Below are positions 1-237 of a DNA stretch of 237 nt, piece after piece. Location of the stretch: NCBI RefSeq assembly GCF_003334315.1, contig NZ_QOWR01000141.1; one strand, 5' to 3'. The DNA is from Escherichia coli (GTDB lineage: Bacteria; Pseudomonadota; Gammaproteobacteria; Enterobacterales; Enterobacteriaceae). The notes under the pieces are model-generated. The model did not search any database, was not told where the DNA came from, and saw only the letters and a list, made by a program, of their open reading frames with translations. Each line of letters begins with the position of its first letter. The first letter of the stretch is position 1. The position numbers and the translations under genes are program-made.

Positions 1-19
1 TGATAGAAACAGAAGCCAC
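1..19 (-). CDS. insA: IS1 InsA (transposition regulator and N-terminal part of the InsAB' frameshift transposase); first 6 codons only, CDS continues beyond the window
   Basis: GTG start at 19-17 on the minus strand, followed by GCT TCT GTT TCT ATC, i.e. (M)ASVSI, matching the InsA N-terminus MASVSISC. The start is 56 nt from the IS1 terminus, consistent with the known insA position in IS1. Only 19 nt lie in the window. Confidence 0.72.
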
Positions 20-26
20 TGGAGCA

Positions 27-45
27 CCTCAAAAACACCATCATA
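27..45 (-). promoter_or_regulatory. insA translation-initiation region: Shine-Dalgarno GAGG (30-27) and a candidate -10-like hexamer TATGAT (45-40) of the IRL-associated insA promoter
   Basis: GAGG lies 7 nt upstream of the GTG start, which is good spacing. TATGAT sits about 20 nt upstream of the start region. The insA promoter is known to overlap the IRL, but exact -35/-10 assignment here is my reading and not verified; no convincing -35 is seen at 17-bp spacing. Confidence 0.4.
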
Positions 46-51
46 CACTAA

Positions 52-74
52 ATCAGTAAGTTGGCATCATCACC
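52..74 (-). repeat. IS1 terminal inverted repeat (IRL, about 23 bp); InsA-binding end of the element
   Basis: The minus strand reads GGTGATGATGCCAACTTACTGAT, against the canonical IS1 IRL GGTGATGCTGCCAACTTACTGAT (22 of 23 matching). IS1 ends are established binding sites for InsA and carry an IHF site; I cannot place those precisely from sequence alone. Confidence 0.85.
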
Positions 75-237
75 GAATCTATATACTGAACCGGATTCAG
101 CGGATACTGATAAAAATTCCATCCCCCCTTCAGCCCAATCGGATCCTGAGTGATATACCTCCCCTGCAGCGGGTCATAATAGCGGTGGCGGTTGTAATAC
201 AGGCCGGACTCCTCATCATACTGCTGCCCCGGCAGGC
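53..237 (-). CDS. Rhs-family (YD-repeat) core protein, 3' end of the conserved core domain; ORF interrupted by IS1 at 74/75 and terminated inside it (probable truncated gene or pseudogene lacking its C-terminal toxin domain). 5' end lies beyond the window.
   Basis: Minus-strand frame starting at 235 translates without stops to [53 protein letters not shown], then S-VMMPTY and TGA at 55-53. The first 53 residues match the strongly conserved Rhs core C-terminal region ([10 protein letters not shown]...[11 protein letters not shown]...YQYPLNP) as I recall it from enterobacterial Rhs proteins. The other two minus-strand frames contain early stops. Codons 55-60 and the stop are IS1 sequence. Confidence 0.85.
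   Translation of the reverse strand, partial: LPGQQYDEESGLYYNRHRYYDPLQGRYITQDPIGLKGGWNFYQYPLNPVQYIDSVMMPTY

Larger units (their letters stand above)
1..74 (-). mobile_element. IS1-family insertion sequence, terminal 74 bp of the insA-proximal (left, IRL) end; element continues beyond the window start
   Basis: Read on the minus strand, 74->1 gives GGTGATGATGCCAACTTACTGATTTAGTGTATGATGGTGTTTTTGAGGTGCTCCAGTGGCTTCTGTTTCTATCA. I recognise this as the left end of IS1 (as in Tn9-derived and chromosomal E. coli IS1 copies), with one difference from the version I recall (IS1 nt 8, window position 67). The boundary at 74/75 is set by the terminal GGTGAT. Recognition is from memory, not a database search. 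Confidence 0.9.

Noticed and set aside
83-110. 7-bp direct repeat atactga at 83-89 and 104-110
   Set aside because: It arises from repeated CAG-TAT (Gln-Tyr) codons in the conserved [10 protein letters not shown] peptide of the Rhs core, so it is coding-level repetition, not a regulatory or mobile-element repeat.
123-128. C6 homopolymer (G6 on the coding strand)
   Set aside because: It encodes the conserved Lys-Gly-Gly of the Rhs core and is too short to argue for a phase-variable slipped-strand tract.
141-146. GGATCC (BamHI) palindrome
   Set aside because: A 6-bp palindrome expected by chance; it lies inside the Asp-Pro codons of the conserved DPIGL peptide and there is no sign of a cloning junction.
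2-236. A stop-free reading frame on the + strand spanning the entire window (78 codons, frame starting at position 2)
   Set aside because: It is the codon-aligned antisense frame of the rhs ORF and insA. Such shadow frames stay open whenever the sense strand avoids TTA/CTA/TCA codons. It has no recognisable start context or protein similarity that I can see, so it is not called as a gene.
1-237. Possibility that the window encodes a novel, undescribed defence or toxin system
   Set aside because: Every base is accounted for by two well-known entities, the IS1 end and the Rhs core 3' end. No unexplained ORF, repeat array or structured RNA remains, so a claim of novelty would not be supported by this sequence.

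Overview
This 237-bp window is a junction between the end of an IS1-family insertion sequence and the 3' end of an Rhs (YD-repeat) polymorphic-toxin core gene, both read on the minus strand. IS1 occupies 1-74: its 23-bp terminal inverted repeat is at 52-74 and the insA ribosome-binding site and GTG start are at 30-17, with the element continuing beyond the window start. The rhs frame is open from 237 down to 75 and encodes the conserved end of the Rhs core (...[41 protein letters not shown]). IS1 cuts it exactly where the rest of the core-terminal PxxxxDPxGL motif and the variable C-terminal toxin domain should follow; the frame then runs 7 codons into IS1 and stops at a TGA (55-53) inside the inverted repeat. 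Codon usage and the IS1 identity suggest an Escherichia/Shigella-like enterobacterial host, but that is inference. All recognition is from memory of IS1 and Rhs sequences, since no search could be run. I do not see evidence of a new, undescribed system here: this is a known mobile element disrupting a known toxin family, and the open questions concern what lies on the far side of IS1.
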